This document shows, in pieces, positions 42,028 through 51,625 of a stretch of 64,000 nt of DNA. The notes under the pieces are model-generated. The model did not search any database. It saw nothing but the letters and a program-made list of their open reading frames with translations, and was not told where the DNA came from. This stretch comes from Microcoleus sp. Its GTDB lineage: Bacteria > Cyanobacteriota > Cyanobacteriia > Cyanobacteriales > Microcoleaceae. Position numbers and translations under genes: made by a program. Position 1 is the first letter of the stretch; the number at the start of each line of letters is the position of its first letter. The stretch covers positions 192,001-256,000 of the forward strand of contig JAYFMW010000007.1 of assembly GCA_042408215.1 (NCBI GenBank). The letters are read 5' to 3'.

Positions 42028-42156
42028 GATGAAAAAAATGCTCTTGACAATTTTTTTGAATTGTACGAACTGTTTAAACGAGACTTCCTAGAGTGGCTCC
42101 GCACCTTTTTTGACGACGGTGGTAGAATTTTAATCGATATCTATCTTGAGCTATAG
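42028..42156 (+). pseudogene. Chimeric remnant of two immunity-like genes
   Basis: Reads DEKNALDNFFELYELFKR (like the end of 40213..40512) then DFLEWLRTFFDDGGRILIDI (like the DUF416 ends). Confidence 0.65.
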
Positions 42157-42880
42157 GATGATAAGCGCTATGACCAACATACTTTCCAATTCTGAGAAAG
42201 TGGAATATCTCGAAACAGCAAAAATTGATTGGTTTCACAACCAACTCAAAGCCTGGGCATCCCAAAACTTGCGCGACTTTCCCTGGCGGCGCACGAGCGA
42301 CCCTTACGCCATTTTTATCGCTGAATTCTTGCTGCAAAAAACGGTAGCCTCAACAGCAGCTCCCGTTTATGAAGCCTTTATCTCCCGCTATCCTACCTTA
42401 GCAGTTCTGGCCGCAACGCCTATAGAAAAAGTTGCTGTCGCTTTACAACCTTTAGGTTTGCACTTTCGAGCCGAAAGACTCTGCCAGTCAATGCAAATCA
42501 TCCTCGAACAACACAACGGCAAAATTCCCCGCACGGAATCTGAATTGCTTCAACTTCCTGGAGTTGGCTTGTATACAGCACGTTCTATTTGCGCCCATGC
42601 TTTCTCCCAACCAAAAGCAGTCCTCGATACCAACGTCGCCCGCATTTTAGAACGGTTTTTCGGCTTGCAGGGCAATCGGGTAAAATCACGGTGCAAGCTA
42701 CTTTGGATGACAGCAGAATTGGTTGCCCCCAATACAGAAGTGGGAAAGTGGAACCTAACACTGATTGACTTTGGCGCAGCCATATGCACGGCTAAAAACC
42801 CTCGCTGCGCGGATTGTCCGCTGAATGATCGCTGCAACTACTACATAAAATCTACTCATCATAAATTAAGATCTCCATGA
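42146..42880 (+). CDS. Short HhH-GPD mismatch DNA glycosylase (MutY/MIG-like) with 4Fe-4S motif
   Basis: RDFPWRRTSDPY...EFLLQKT, LPGVGLYTA, LDTNVAR, CTAKNPRCADCPLNDRC; no C-terminal NUDIX-like domain. True start may be ATG 42158 or 42170. Confidence 0.88.
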   Translation: MSYRMISAMTNILSNSEKVEYLETAKIDWFHNQLKAWASQNLRDFPWRRTSDPYAIFIAEFLLQKTVASTAAPVYEAFISRYPTLAVLAATPIEKVAVALQPLGLHFRAERLCQSMQIILEQHNGKIPRTESELLQLPGVGLYTARSICAHAFSQPKAVLDTNVARILERFFGLQGNRVKSRCKLLWMTAELVAPNTEVGKWNLTLIDFGAAICTAKNPRCADCPLNDRCNYYIKSTHHKLRSP

Positions 42881-43180
42881 AACCAATCCCGCAATTTGAA
42901 GAACTCGCGATCGCCCTTATTGCCTCCAACCTCAACCCCACTCACTTTACCCCTGATTTCCTCTTCGGCAGCGGTATTGTCCCAGAACATTGGCAGCTAG
43001 CTCAACCCCCCCAGGGCGACCCCCACATGACAACAATTACCTTTACCAACGGCGCGATTGCATTTTTCACAACTAGACAGCCACTTTCTCAGAAACCCTA
43101 GAATCGAAATCTCTCAAACAGATACAAATACCGACAATCGTTTGCAAATGTGCCGATAGTTTGCTCAATGCCAACTATCA
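42877..43180 (+). pseudogene. Frameshifted, truncated hypothetical gene
   Basis: 74-aa ORF (NLNPT...FLFGSGIVPEHWQLAQPP); protein-like sequence continues in another frame (FSETLESK...NANYQ). Confidence 0.5.
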
Positions 43181-43276
43181 AAACAATCGGGCGATCGACA
43201 CCTTCGCGCATTCCCAACACAAATTTGTCCCTCGATAATTTTGCCCCAACAACTTATCAATTCCTGGGTCAATAAC

Positions 43277-43804
43277 TTAGGCACTCTCTCCAGCAATAAG
43301 AGGCGATTTAATTTTTGACTTTCGCCACTTTTCTGCACTTTGTTTGACAGCTTCTATTTCCTCAAAATCTACTCTAACAACAGCGATTTCAAATTCTATA
43401 CCTAAAACCGTACAAACTTCGAGGATTTCTACAAAACTGGCACATTGATAATCTGTATCTTCATACTGCTTGACTCGCTGTTCTTCAATTCCCAGTATCT
43501 GAGCCAATTCTTTTTGATTGATTTGGGCTGCTATTCTCGCTTTTATTAAAGCATCCGGTAGCTTATTTATGCTTTCAACTTTAAGTGAAATATGCTGAGT
43601 GCGATCGCACTTCAGCAATCTTTCATAATCAGCTATTTCTGCTCTAAAAACATCCAAGTGACTTTGGATCGATTCGCGCATCGCCGACCACCAAGGATCG
43701 TTATTTTTTACCTCTTCATCTTGAGCGTCATAATTGGCTAGCGTATGTTCACATCTTTTCGCTAACTCTTGGGTATACTCGTATTGTCTTTCATTTCTAA
43801 TCAT
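43277..43804 (-). CDS. XRE-family HTH protein, putative antitoxin
   Basis: MIRNERQY start; LIKARIAAQINQKELAQILGIEEQRVKQYEDTDY HTH; ATGA-coupled to the upstream gene's natural stop. Confidence 0.85.
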   Translation of the reverse strand: MIRNERQYEYTQELAKRCEHTLANYDAQDEEVKNNDPWWSAMRESIQSHLDVFRAEIADYERLLKCDRTQHISLKVESINKLPDALIKARIAAQINQKELAQILGIEEQRVKQYEDTDYQCASFVEILEVCTVLGIEFEIAVVRVDFEEIEAVKQSAEKWRKSKIKSPLIAGESA

Positions 43805-44247
43805 GGCCACCACCTTATTAAATCTATAGCAATAATTCCTTTAGGATTTCGTTCTCTGTCTCGCTGAAATAGTTCGTAGGAAGTGATATCATAACTGCCT
43901 ACTGGCTAGTCGGATGGAAAGATTTCACCGCGATAAAGAGCTTTTTGTGCTGCCCTGTCTGCATAATTTCTCAGTCGGGGGGCATAAGTTTTCAGATAAT
44001 TCATATCAACCTCTTCTCTATCCCAACAAGCATCAAAATCTTGAGGAGATAGTTTGCTAGTAATAAAACTGCCATTGATATAAATTGTTCTGCATCCTGC
44101 TGCTTTTAGTTGCTCCATTGCCATTTGCAATCCATCTATCATGCGACTGCGAAGTGGTGTTGTTCCAAATCGCTCTTTGAACTCTTCCCATTCTGTCCAA
44201 TACACTCCTGGTGGTAGGTTGCCGTTCTCATCAAATTCTGGAATCAT
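43801..44247 (-). pseudogene. DUF6932-like nucleotidyltransferase-fold protein (putative toxin) with premature TAG at 43906-43908
   Basis: MIPEFDENGNLPPG...INGSFITSK..PQDFD. After the TAG the frame continues ELFQRDRERNPKGIIAIDL to a TGA overlapping the HTH start. Confidence 0.8.
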
Positions 44248-44414
44248 GCGATCGCACCCTTAAATTTTAACACAATTTCCTTGTCTGTTTATAATGACTG
44301 TTGATTTACTCAGCATACCTCGATTGTTAACAAAAAGCGATCGCTCAACTTAGAACCAAAACCTTTAGATTGCTAACTTGGAACAATCCGACTTCGGATA
44401 AGCATCAAATAGTC

Positions 44415-45500
44415 ATCTTTGGGCTTAACTATCAACGGCACTCCGATTGCTATAGACGCACAAGGAAGAGCAACTGTCAAGTTAAATAACTTAACTCCCA
44501 TCACAGCAATTGCAACAGCTAAAGATGCGGCCGGAAATGTGGGGAATGCGACTCAAGTTGTCAGGGCGATTGATACTAGCGATGTCAACGCGCCAACTAT
44601 CAACATCAGTTTAGAAGATGATGCAGAAATCACTGCACCTGTCAACATCACCGGCACGATTAGTGACAGCAATTTAGCTTACTATACATTAGAAGTTGCT
44701 CCGGTTGGTGGCGGGAAAATTCCGGGCGATGGCGGAGGATTTAAGGAGGTTTATCGGGGAACTGCTGCTGTCAGCAACGGAACGATTGCGACATTTGACC
44801 CGACTGTTTTGGCTAACGGCGCTTACGTTCTCAAGTTCACTGCTTTTGACGCTAACGGTAACGGTTCGACTGCTGAAAGGACGGTGAATGTTGCGGGAGA
44901 TTTGAAGTTGGGTAATTTCCGGTTGTCGTTTACTGATTTATCCGTTCCAGTAGCGGGAATTCCGATTAATGTAACTCGAACTTACGATTCTTTGAATGCC
45001 AATGCTAGCGATGATTTTGGCTACGGCTGGCGGATGGAATTCCGGGATACTGATTTGAAGACTTCGCTAAAACCCGATCCGACTTATGAGGAGTTGGGCA
45101 TCAATACCGTAGCATTTGATAGCAAGACTAAGGTATTCATTACCTTACCTGGTGGTAAGCGGGAAACCTTTACTTTTAAGCCGACTTCGCATCATCTGAA
45201 TCAGTATTTAGGAGGGGCTGGGCCGGGGGCTGCAATGTACAAGCCGGCTTTTGAGTCGCATTCGGGTTCGACGATGACTCTGACTGTTAAGGATGCGAAT
45301 TTGATACGGAATGAGAACGGGTATTATGGGGTAAACGGACAGCCCTTCAATCCTGAAAATCCTGCCTTTGGTGGCATATATGTGTTGACTACCAAGGAAG
45401 GATTGGTTTACGAGATTGATGCGAAGTCTGGGGATTTGCTGACGGCTACTGATGCTAACGGAAATAAGCTATCTTTTAGCGATGCGGGGATTAAGAGTAG
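44415..45500 (+). pseudogene. Second, truncated copy of the RHS pre-core region
   Basis: Paralogous to 33490-34575; cut at AGTAG where the tnpB 3' part resumes. Confidence 0.88.
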
Positions 45501-45653
45501 ATCAACATTCTGAAACGGGGACTAGCTACGGTGGGGCACACCGGAACTTACGCTTGGGGAGATTTACCCTCTTGGGCTGTTGGTGTAAACTTGCGGTCTA
45601 ATGGCGAGTCGTTGAACCCCGAATCCCCTGATTTATAATCGGGGGAGTGTCAA
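45501..45653 (+). mobile_element. tnpB: tnpB 3' end and IS right end (probable omega/reRNA scaffold region)
   Basis: Translates INILKRGLATVGHTGTYAWGDLPSWAVGVNLRSNGESLNPESPDL-stop, then hairpin and GTGTCAA. Confidence 0.88.
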
Positions 45654-45693
45654 CATAGGTCTATCGAAATATACCAACTACAACTAAAAGGTT

Positions 45694-46491
45694 ATGCAGA
45701 AGATCGACGACGGATCATTAAGGGAGATGAGAAGTTCTCAAAACCTGCCAGAATGGCTAGAATTGGCAGAATACGCCTCTATTGCTGGTTCAGCTATTGG
45801 CACGATTGCCGCAGGATTGTCAGGGCACATTGTCTACGCTGCCACTCCCTTGACCCTAGCACTATCCCTGAATCTCGTCAATCGCCAGCGTTTCGACCAA
45901 AAAATGCAACAAAAGTCAAATTCTGCGATCGCGGGCGTAGAATTGGCAGTAAAGTCCCTCCAACAGCAAGTTCAGACACTACCTGGGGAACCTACGGAAC
46001 TCTACACCGCCGTCTCCGACTTGCAGCAAAAACTCAGTAGCTTGGAATCCCACACGATCGCCGACGTACAGGCTGCGGTAAAATCCCTTGAGCAACAAGT
46101 GCAGGAATTTCCGGGAGAGTCTCAGCAACTCTACCCCATGCTTTCCCAATTGCAGCAAAAACTGCACAGCTTGGAAAATAGCGCCCTCAGAGAGCAAGAT
46201 TGGGAAAATGTGAATGTTCGGTTTTTATTGATGGGCGAAAAATTAACGGAAGTTAAAAATATTACAGCAGAGTTGCAGGAGCGATCGTCCGAGGTAGACT
46301 TCAGTGAAATCCAAGATACCGTGAAGCAATTGCAAGTTTTACTCGCTCGACCCACAATAGACGTAGCGACACTGCAAACCGAGATGCATCAATTGCAGGA
46401 GCAAGTTTCCGAATTGGAGCGCCTCAATCAAGAAATTGTCAAGCCTTATTTGCAGCGCCTGATTCGTGCCATGAAACACCTCAGTCAGTAG
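45694..46491 (+). CDS. Hypothetical protein with N-terminal hydrophobic hairpin and coiled coil
   Basis: Hydrophobic WLELAEYASIAGSAIG...LSLNLVNR; internal 43-aa duplication (AVKSLQQQVQ/AVKSLEQQVQ). Start may be 45727. Confidence 0.75.
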   Translation: MQKIDDGSLREMRSSQNLPEWLELAEYASIAGSAIGTIAAGLSGHIVYAATPLTLALSLNLVNRQRFDQKMQQKSNSAIAGVELAVKSLQQQVQTLPGEPTELYTAVSDLQQKLSSLESHTIADVQAAVKSLEQQVQEFPGESQQLYPMLSQLQQKLHSLENSALREQDWENVNVRFLLMGEKLTEVKNITAELQERSSEVDFSEIQDTVKQLQVLLARPTIDVATLQTEMHQLQEQVSELERLNQEIVKPYLQRLIRAMKHLSQ

Positions 46492-46682
46492 TTATTGGTT
46501 ATTGGTCAGTAGTCATTAGTCAGTAGTCATTAGTCAGTAGTCGTAGGGTGCGTCGCCACTTTGAATCCCTCAAAAAAATAGACAATCGATGAGCGACGCA
46601 CCAAACCAAGAGTCCGACGTCCGACGTCCGACGTCATTTCGATCGAGTGCTGTATCGGCGATCGAGCTAGAAGCTCGCACTG

Positions 46683-47534
46683 CTAATTATGAAACTTTTG
46701 CCAAGCCTGCCAAAAAACATAAATCGATAAAATTGCCAAGAGCGATCGAAAAGCCAAACTCACAACTCGATCGGACAATCTGGGCAAAAACCGCGTGCTA
46801 ACTTGCACACCCAACAAACCCCCACCGCCCAGAATCAGCCCCACAACCCACAATACATTCCCCCGCGCAGCGTGGCCAGCGGTCGCCGAAATTGCCGTAA
46901 TCACGATCGCGCCCAAGCTCGTTTGAATTGCTGTTTTAATACTTTCTCCTAACAGCAAAATTTGCAGCGGCACCATAATCACGCCTCCACCCACACCAAA
47001 CAAACCCGCTAATAAACCAGCCGCACTGCCGGTAGCAATTCTCGCAAAAATGGGATTCACTAAAACATTTGAATCCTTGGGTAATGGGTCATTGGTAATG
47101 GGTAATGGGTAATTAGTAATGGGTAATTGAGGATTTTCCCGTCCCTCTTCCACTAGATTCTTAGCAGTCAAGCGTTTGCGAACTTCTACCAAATAAATAT
47201 TCAGCCACAGCAACAGCCCAAAAGTAACTAACAACAAATAAGGCGGAAATATCCCCGCCAAATAAACACCAACTTGTGCTGTGATTACGGCTGGAAATCC
47301 GATGCCTGCGACTTGACTCAAACTGAGATAACCCATGCGCCAATTCTGGAAGCTACCAGAAATCGCTGTAATGACGATCGACAAACTGCTGGTAGCAACC
47401 GCTTGCACAGGCGCGTAATTGAGAGCCACCAACAGAGGTACGAGTACCGTCCCGCCACCAATACCCAAAAATCCAGCTAGAATTCCGGCAAAAAGTCCGG
47501 CCGCAGCCAGAATCAATAATTCGTTGATAGTCAT
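46683..47534 (-). CDS. TauE/SafE (TSUP) family membrane transporter
   Basis: Two GFLGIGGG/GLFGVGGG..VP repeats, AVATSS, multiple TM helices. Confidence 0.92.
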   Translation of the reverse strand: MTINELLILAAAGLFAGILAGFLGIGGGTVLVPLLVALNYAPVQAVATSSLSIVITAISGSFQNWRMGYLSLSQVAGIGFPAVITAQVGVYLAGIFPPYLLLVTFGLLLWLNIYLVEVRKRLTAKNLVEEGRENPQLPITNYPLPITNDPLPKDSNVLVNPIFARIATGSAAGLLAGLFGVGGGVIMVPLQILLLGESIKTAIQTSLGAIVITAISATAGHAARGNVLWVVGLILGGGGLLGVQVSTRFLPRLSDRVVSLAFRSLLAILSIYVFWQAWQKFHN

Positions 47535-47863
47535 TAGTTAGTAGTCATTAGTCATTAGTCATTAGTCATTAGTCATTAGTCATTAGTCATTAGTCATTAG
47601 TCAACAGTTAACAGTTAACAGTCATTAGTTAGTAGTCATTAGTTAGTAGTCATTAGTCATTAGTCAACAGTTAACAGTTAACAGTCAACAGTCAACAGTT
47701 AACAGTTAACAGTCATTAGTTAGTAGTCATTAGTCATTAGTCAACAGTCAACAGTTAACAGTTAACAGTCATTAGTTAGTAGTCATTAGTCATTAGTCAA
47801 CAGTTAACAGTTAACAGTTAACAGTCAACAGTTAACAGTCAACAGTCAACAGTCAACAGTCAA
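47530..47863. repeat. Mixed STRR heptamer tract (AGTCATT, AACAGTT/AACAGTC)
   Basis: Direct tandem heptamers with higher-order blocks. Confidence 0.95.
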
Positions 47864-47873
47864 CTCCCAACTT

Positions 47874-48716
47874 TTAAGAATCATGAGTTGTACCGTCGGG
47901 CATAATCGCCCGCCTCAAATCAGCATCCCGGAAGTTAGCTCGATTGAGGTTAGCATCAATCAAAACTGCTTCCATCAGAACGGCCCCGCTGAAATTAGAC
48001 CAGCACAGCTTAGCCCGGTACAAATTAGCACCGCTCAAATTAGCTCCCCGCAGGCTTGACCAACTCACATTGGCGACTCTCAAATTAGCATTGCTCAGAT
48101 TAGCTTCGCTCAGATTAGCCCCAACCATCGTTACTTGGCGCAAATCTGCACCAGTAAGATTTGCGCCGCTGAGCATCGCCCCGCTGAGGATAGCAGTTGT
48201 CAAGTTAGCTCTTTCCAAAAGCGACTCGCTGAGAATAGCATTTGTCAGGTTTACCGCTTTGAGAATTGACCAACTCAAATTTGCCTTCATTAAATTAATG
48301 CGAATCATGCTAGCGTCCGTTAAGTTGGCCGCCGACAAATTTGCTTCAGTAAAGTTAGCTTCTGTCAGATTTGCTTCCGTCAAGTTAGCCTTGCTCATAT
48401 TGACTTCTCTAGCCATTGAGCCACGCAGGTTCGCTCCACTAAGGTTGGCTCCGCTCAGATTGGCGCGACTCAAATCAGTGCCGATGAGATTTGCTTCGCT
48501 GAGGTTGGCTTCCGTCAGATCAACCCCTGTGAGTTTCACCTCGCGCAGGTTCGCTCCCGTCAGGTTGGCGCCTTTGAGATTTGCATCCTGGAAATTAGCT
48601 CTGGTAAAGTTAGCCTCGCTGAGGTCTACCCCCTTGAGGTCAGCCCCCGCGAGGTTAATCTCTCGAAAAATTCTTTCTCCGGCCGCATATTGCCTCAAAA
48701 TTCGATCGGCCTCCAT
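47874..48716 (-). CDS. Pentapeptide repeat protein
   Basis: Continuous A(N/D)Lxx repeats; YAAGERIF start and MPDG end. Confidence 0.95.
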   Translation of the reverse strand: MEADRILRQYAAGERIFREINLAGADLKGVDLSEANFTRANFQDANLKGANLTGANLREVKLTGVDLTEANLSEANLIGTDLSRANLSGANLSGANLRGSMAREVNMSKANLTEANLTEANFTEANLSAANLTDASMIRINLMKANLSWSILKAVNLTNAILSESLLERANLTTAILSGAMLSGANLTGADLRQVTMVGANLSEANLSNANLRVANVSWSSLRGANLSGANLYRAKLCWSNFSGAVLMEAVLIDANLNRANFRDADLRRAIMPDGTTHDS

Positions 48717-49045
48717 GTAATTCGCCTCGCAATTTTTTTTTCAAAGGTTGGAGAGTGATGCATTATACCACACACATCATCTCAGATAACCATCGTATTC
48801 ACTCTGTAAGTTGTAGCATCAGTAAAGTCTTTGCACCGCCGGTTCTCTTTGATAAAAAATTCAAAGAGGATGCGGTTGTGTGGCTCTATCCTAAAAACAC
48901 CCTTGCAAATGTCAAAGATTCTGAGAAAATCAAAAATAGCGTAGAGCAGTCAGCAGTCAACAGCCAGCAGCAAATAAAAACTAACAGCAGAGAATTGACA
49001 ACTGACGGCTGACTGCTTTCTGAACCACTGACAAAGGAAGTTAGA

Positions 49046-50731
49046 ATGCCTGAAAATTTGAGAAGCCAAGCTGTGACTGGGGGCGTGCAGCGTGCGCCCA
49101 ACCGGGCCATGCTGCGGGCCGTTGGTTTTGGCGACAGCGATTTCACTAAACCGATTGTGGGAATTGCTAACGGGTACAGTACGATTACGCCCTGCAATAT
49201 GGGATTGAACGAACTGGCTGTGCGGGCGGTTGCGGCTACAAAGGAAGCGGGCGCGATGCCCCAGATGTTCGGTACGATTACGATCAGCGACGGCATCTCG
49301 ATGGGAACTGAAGGGATGAAATATTCTTTGGTGTCGAGAGACGTGATTGCTGATTCCATCGAAACTGTTTGCAATGGTCAAAGTATGGACGGTGTGCTGG
49401 CTGTCGGCGGTTGCGACAAGAATATGCCGGGGGCGATGATTGCGATCGCCCGCATGAACATTCCTGCTATTTTTGTCTACGGTGGCACGATCAAACCAGG
49501 ACACCACAACGGACGCGATTTAACCGTGGTCAGCGCTTTTGAAGCTGTCGGTCAATTCAGCGCCGGCAAAATTGACCAAGAAGAACTCACCGCAGTAGAA
49601 CAGAAAGCTTGTCCGGGCGCTGGTTCTTGCGGCGGAATGTTCACAGCAAATACCATGTCCAGCGCCTTTGAGGCGATGGGTATGAGTTTGCCCTATTCTT
49701 CGACAATGGCTGCCGAGGATGCCGAAAAGGCAGACAGCGCGGCCGAATCTGCAAAAGTTGTGGTAGAAGCGATTCGCCAACAGTTGCTACCTAGCCAAAT
49801 TTTGACACGCAAGGCCTTTGAAAATGCGATCGCCGTCATCATGGCAGTCGGCGGTTCAACCAATGCTGTGCTGCATTTATTAGCCATTTCCAATGCGATC
49901 GGTGTTGAACTTGAGCTCGACGATTTTGAAACGATTAGAGCCAAAGTCCCAGTGCTATGCGACCTCAAACCCAGCGGTAAATATGTAGCAACAGATTTGC
50001 ACAAAGCCGGCGGCATTCCGCAAGTGATGAAAATGCTGCTAGAACAAGGTTTGCTCCACGGAGATGCGCTGACAATTACCGGAAAAACAGTGGCTGAAGT
50101 GTTGGCAAATATTCCTGCGGAACCTCGCACCGACCAAGATGTAATTCGCCCTTGGAACAACCCGCTTTACCCTCAAGGACATTTAGCAATTCTGAGGGGA
50201 AATCTGGCAACAGAAGGAGCAGTGGCTAAAATTACTGGCGTTAAAAAACCGATAATTACCGGGCCAGCGCGAGTATTTGAATCAGAAGAAAATTGTTTAG
50301 ATGCAATTTTGGCCGGAAAAATTCAAGCGGGAGATGTGATTGTGATCCGCTACGAAGGGCCAAAAGGCGGGCCGGGAATGCGCGAAATGTTAGCTCCAAC
50401 TTCAGCAATTATTGGCGCAGGTTTGGGTGATTCTGTGGGCTTAATTACTGACGGCCGCTTCTCTGGCGGAACTTACGGAATGGTTGTCGGTCACGTTGCA
50501 CCAGAAGCACAAGTTGGCGGCACAATTGCTCTGGTAAAAGAAGGCGATTCGATTACTATTGATGCTCAAAATCGCTTGTTGCAGCTCAATGTTTCTGAGG
50601 TCGAATTGGAGCAGCGCAGGGCAAGTTGGCAACCACCTCAACCTCGCTATACTAGGGGAGTTTTGGCTAAATACGCTAAGTTGGTTTCTTCTAGCAGTAT
50701 TGGTGCTGTTACTGATTTGGGTTTGGGTTAA
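49046..50731 (+). CDS. ilvD: Dihydroxy-acid dehydratase
   Basis: [43 protein letters not shown]. Confidence 0.98.
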   Translation: MPENLRSQAVTGGVQRAPNRAMLRAVGFGDSDFTKPIVGIANGYSTITPCNMGLNELAVRAVAATKEAGAMPQMFGTITISDGISMGTEGMKYSLVSRDVIADSIETVCNGQSMDGVLAVGGCDKNMPGAMIAIARMNIPAIFVYGGTIKPGHHNGRDLTVVSAFEAVGQFSAGKIDQEELTAVEQKACPGAGSCGGMFTANTMSSAFEAMGMSLPYSSTMAAEDAEKADSAAESAKVVVEAIRQQLLPSQILTRKAFENAIAVIMAVGGSTNAVLHLLAISNAIGVELELDDFETIRAKVPVLCDLKPSGKYVATDLHKAGGIPQVMKMLLEQGLLHGDALTITGKTVAEVLANIPAEPRTDQDVIRPWNNPLYPQGHLAILRGNLATEGAVAKITGVKKPIITGPARVFESEENCLDAILAGKIQAGDVIVIRYEGPKGGPGMREMLAPTSAIIGAGLGDSVGLITDGRFSGGTYGMVVGHVAPEAQVGGTIALVKEGDSITIDAQNRLLQLNVSEVELEQRRASWQPPQPRYTRGVLAKYAKLVSSSSIGAVTDLGLG

Positions 50732-50905
50732 AAAAATTCCAATCCGTTGGCATCGGAATGATTCATCTCTCCCTGCTCTAACTCTGCGCTCTCTGCGCCC
50801 TCTGCGGTTTAATCATTCCGATACAACCGGAATTGATCTTACGTTTAATTAAGTTGATCTACTTAGAAGATTCCGAATCAACCAGAAACAACAAGAAAAC
50901 TTTTT

Positions 50906-50994
50906 AACCGCAGAGGTCGGCAGATAAACACAGATGAACGCAGATCAAATTCCATCAGCGTTCATCTGTGTCCATCCGCTGAGATCTGCGGTTA
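50906..50994. repeat. Long imperfect inverted repeat between convergent genes
   Basis: aaccgcaga...acacagatgaacgc / gcgttcatctgtgt...tctgcggtt flanked by T and A tracts; could act as a bidirectional terminator. Confidence 0.7.
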
Positions 50995-51006
50995 AAAAAA
51001 CCAAAA

Positions 51007-51537
51007 TTAACTGCGCTGATTTAAAAAGCGACTAGCCAGCGAAATTGTGTCTGTAATATCTACATCCCCATCTCCATCTGCATCTAAAAACGCATTCAAA
51101 ACTGAATTTCCACCTTGGTTAGGATTTTGGGTATTGCTACCAGTTTGCAGCAAATTCAGCACGATCGGCACTAAAACCGGTATCATCGCTTGCACTGTCG
51201 CATTATTCAAGCCGGTTCTTGCAGCTATATCTTGCACTATTTGCGCCAGTTGGCCACTCCCGAACAAACTCTGAACGGCTTGCGGATTGGGATTTGTGCC
51301 GCTAAATTGGTTGACAACTTGTTGCACTTGTGCATCCCCTGACTCCGATCGCACGTCTTGCAAGGCCGATCGCACGTAGGAGCCCAAAACCGACATCGCT
51401 AACTGAGTCGTGCCCGCATCAACGCCCTGATTGCCGCTCAACTGCTCTACCGCACCCAGAATTGAGCCCAACTGATTGGGACTTGCTTGTTGGCTGGGAT
51501 TGTCGATCGCGCTTAAAATTTGGTCAAATAGTCCCAT
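51007..51537 (-). CDS. DUF937 family protein with C-terminal EF-hand-like motif
   Basis: MGLFDQILSAI start; FLDADGDGDVDITD. Confidence 0.8.
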   Translation of the reverse strand: MGLFDQILSAIDNPSQQASPNQLGSILGAVEQLSGNQGVDAGTTQLAMSVLGSYVRSALQDVRSESGDAQVQQVVNQFSGTNPNPQAVQSLFGSGQLAQIVQDIAARTGLNNATVQAMIPVLVPIVLNLLQTGSNTQNPNQGGNSVLNAFLDADGDGDVDITDTISLASRFLNQRS

Positions 51538-51625
51538 AATTTTCGCTCCGTACTGTGATTACTCAACTATAGAAAATAAAATGTAAAAATCAAAGCATCA
51601 AGCCTTTCATTTGCCACTCTCGCTC

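Larger units (their letters stand above)
31743..45653 (+). mobile_element. IS200/IS605-family (tnpB-only, IS1341-like) element interrupted by a 12.5 kb RHS toxin cassette
   Basis: Probable left end follows TTAT (31739-31742; position approximate). tnpB 5' part at 31877-32977, 3' part at 45501-45638. Right-end hairpin TCCCCTGATT-TAT-AATCGGGGGA and terminal TCAA at 45650-45653. Confidence 0.8.

Noticed and set aside
42146..42880. Gene symbol mutY
   Set aside because: It lacks the C-terminal domain and sits in an accessory island; MIG-type function is equally plausible.
47944..48720. 258-aa plus-strand ORF
   Set aside because: Antisense shadow of the pentapeptide repeat gene.
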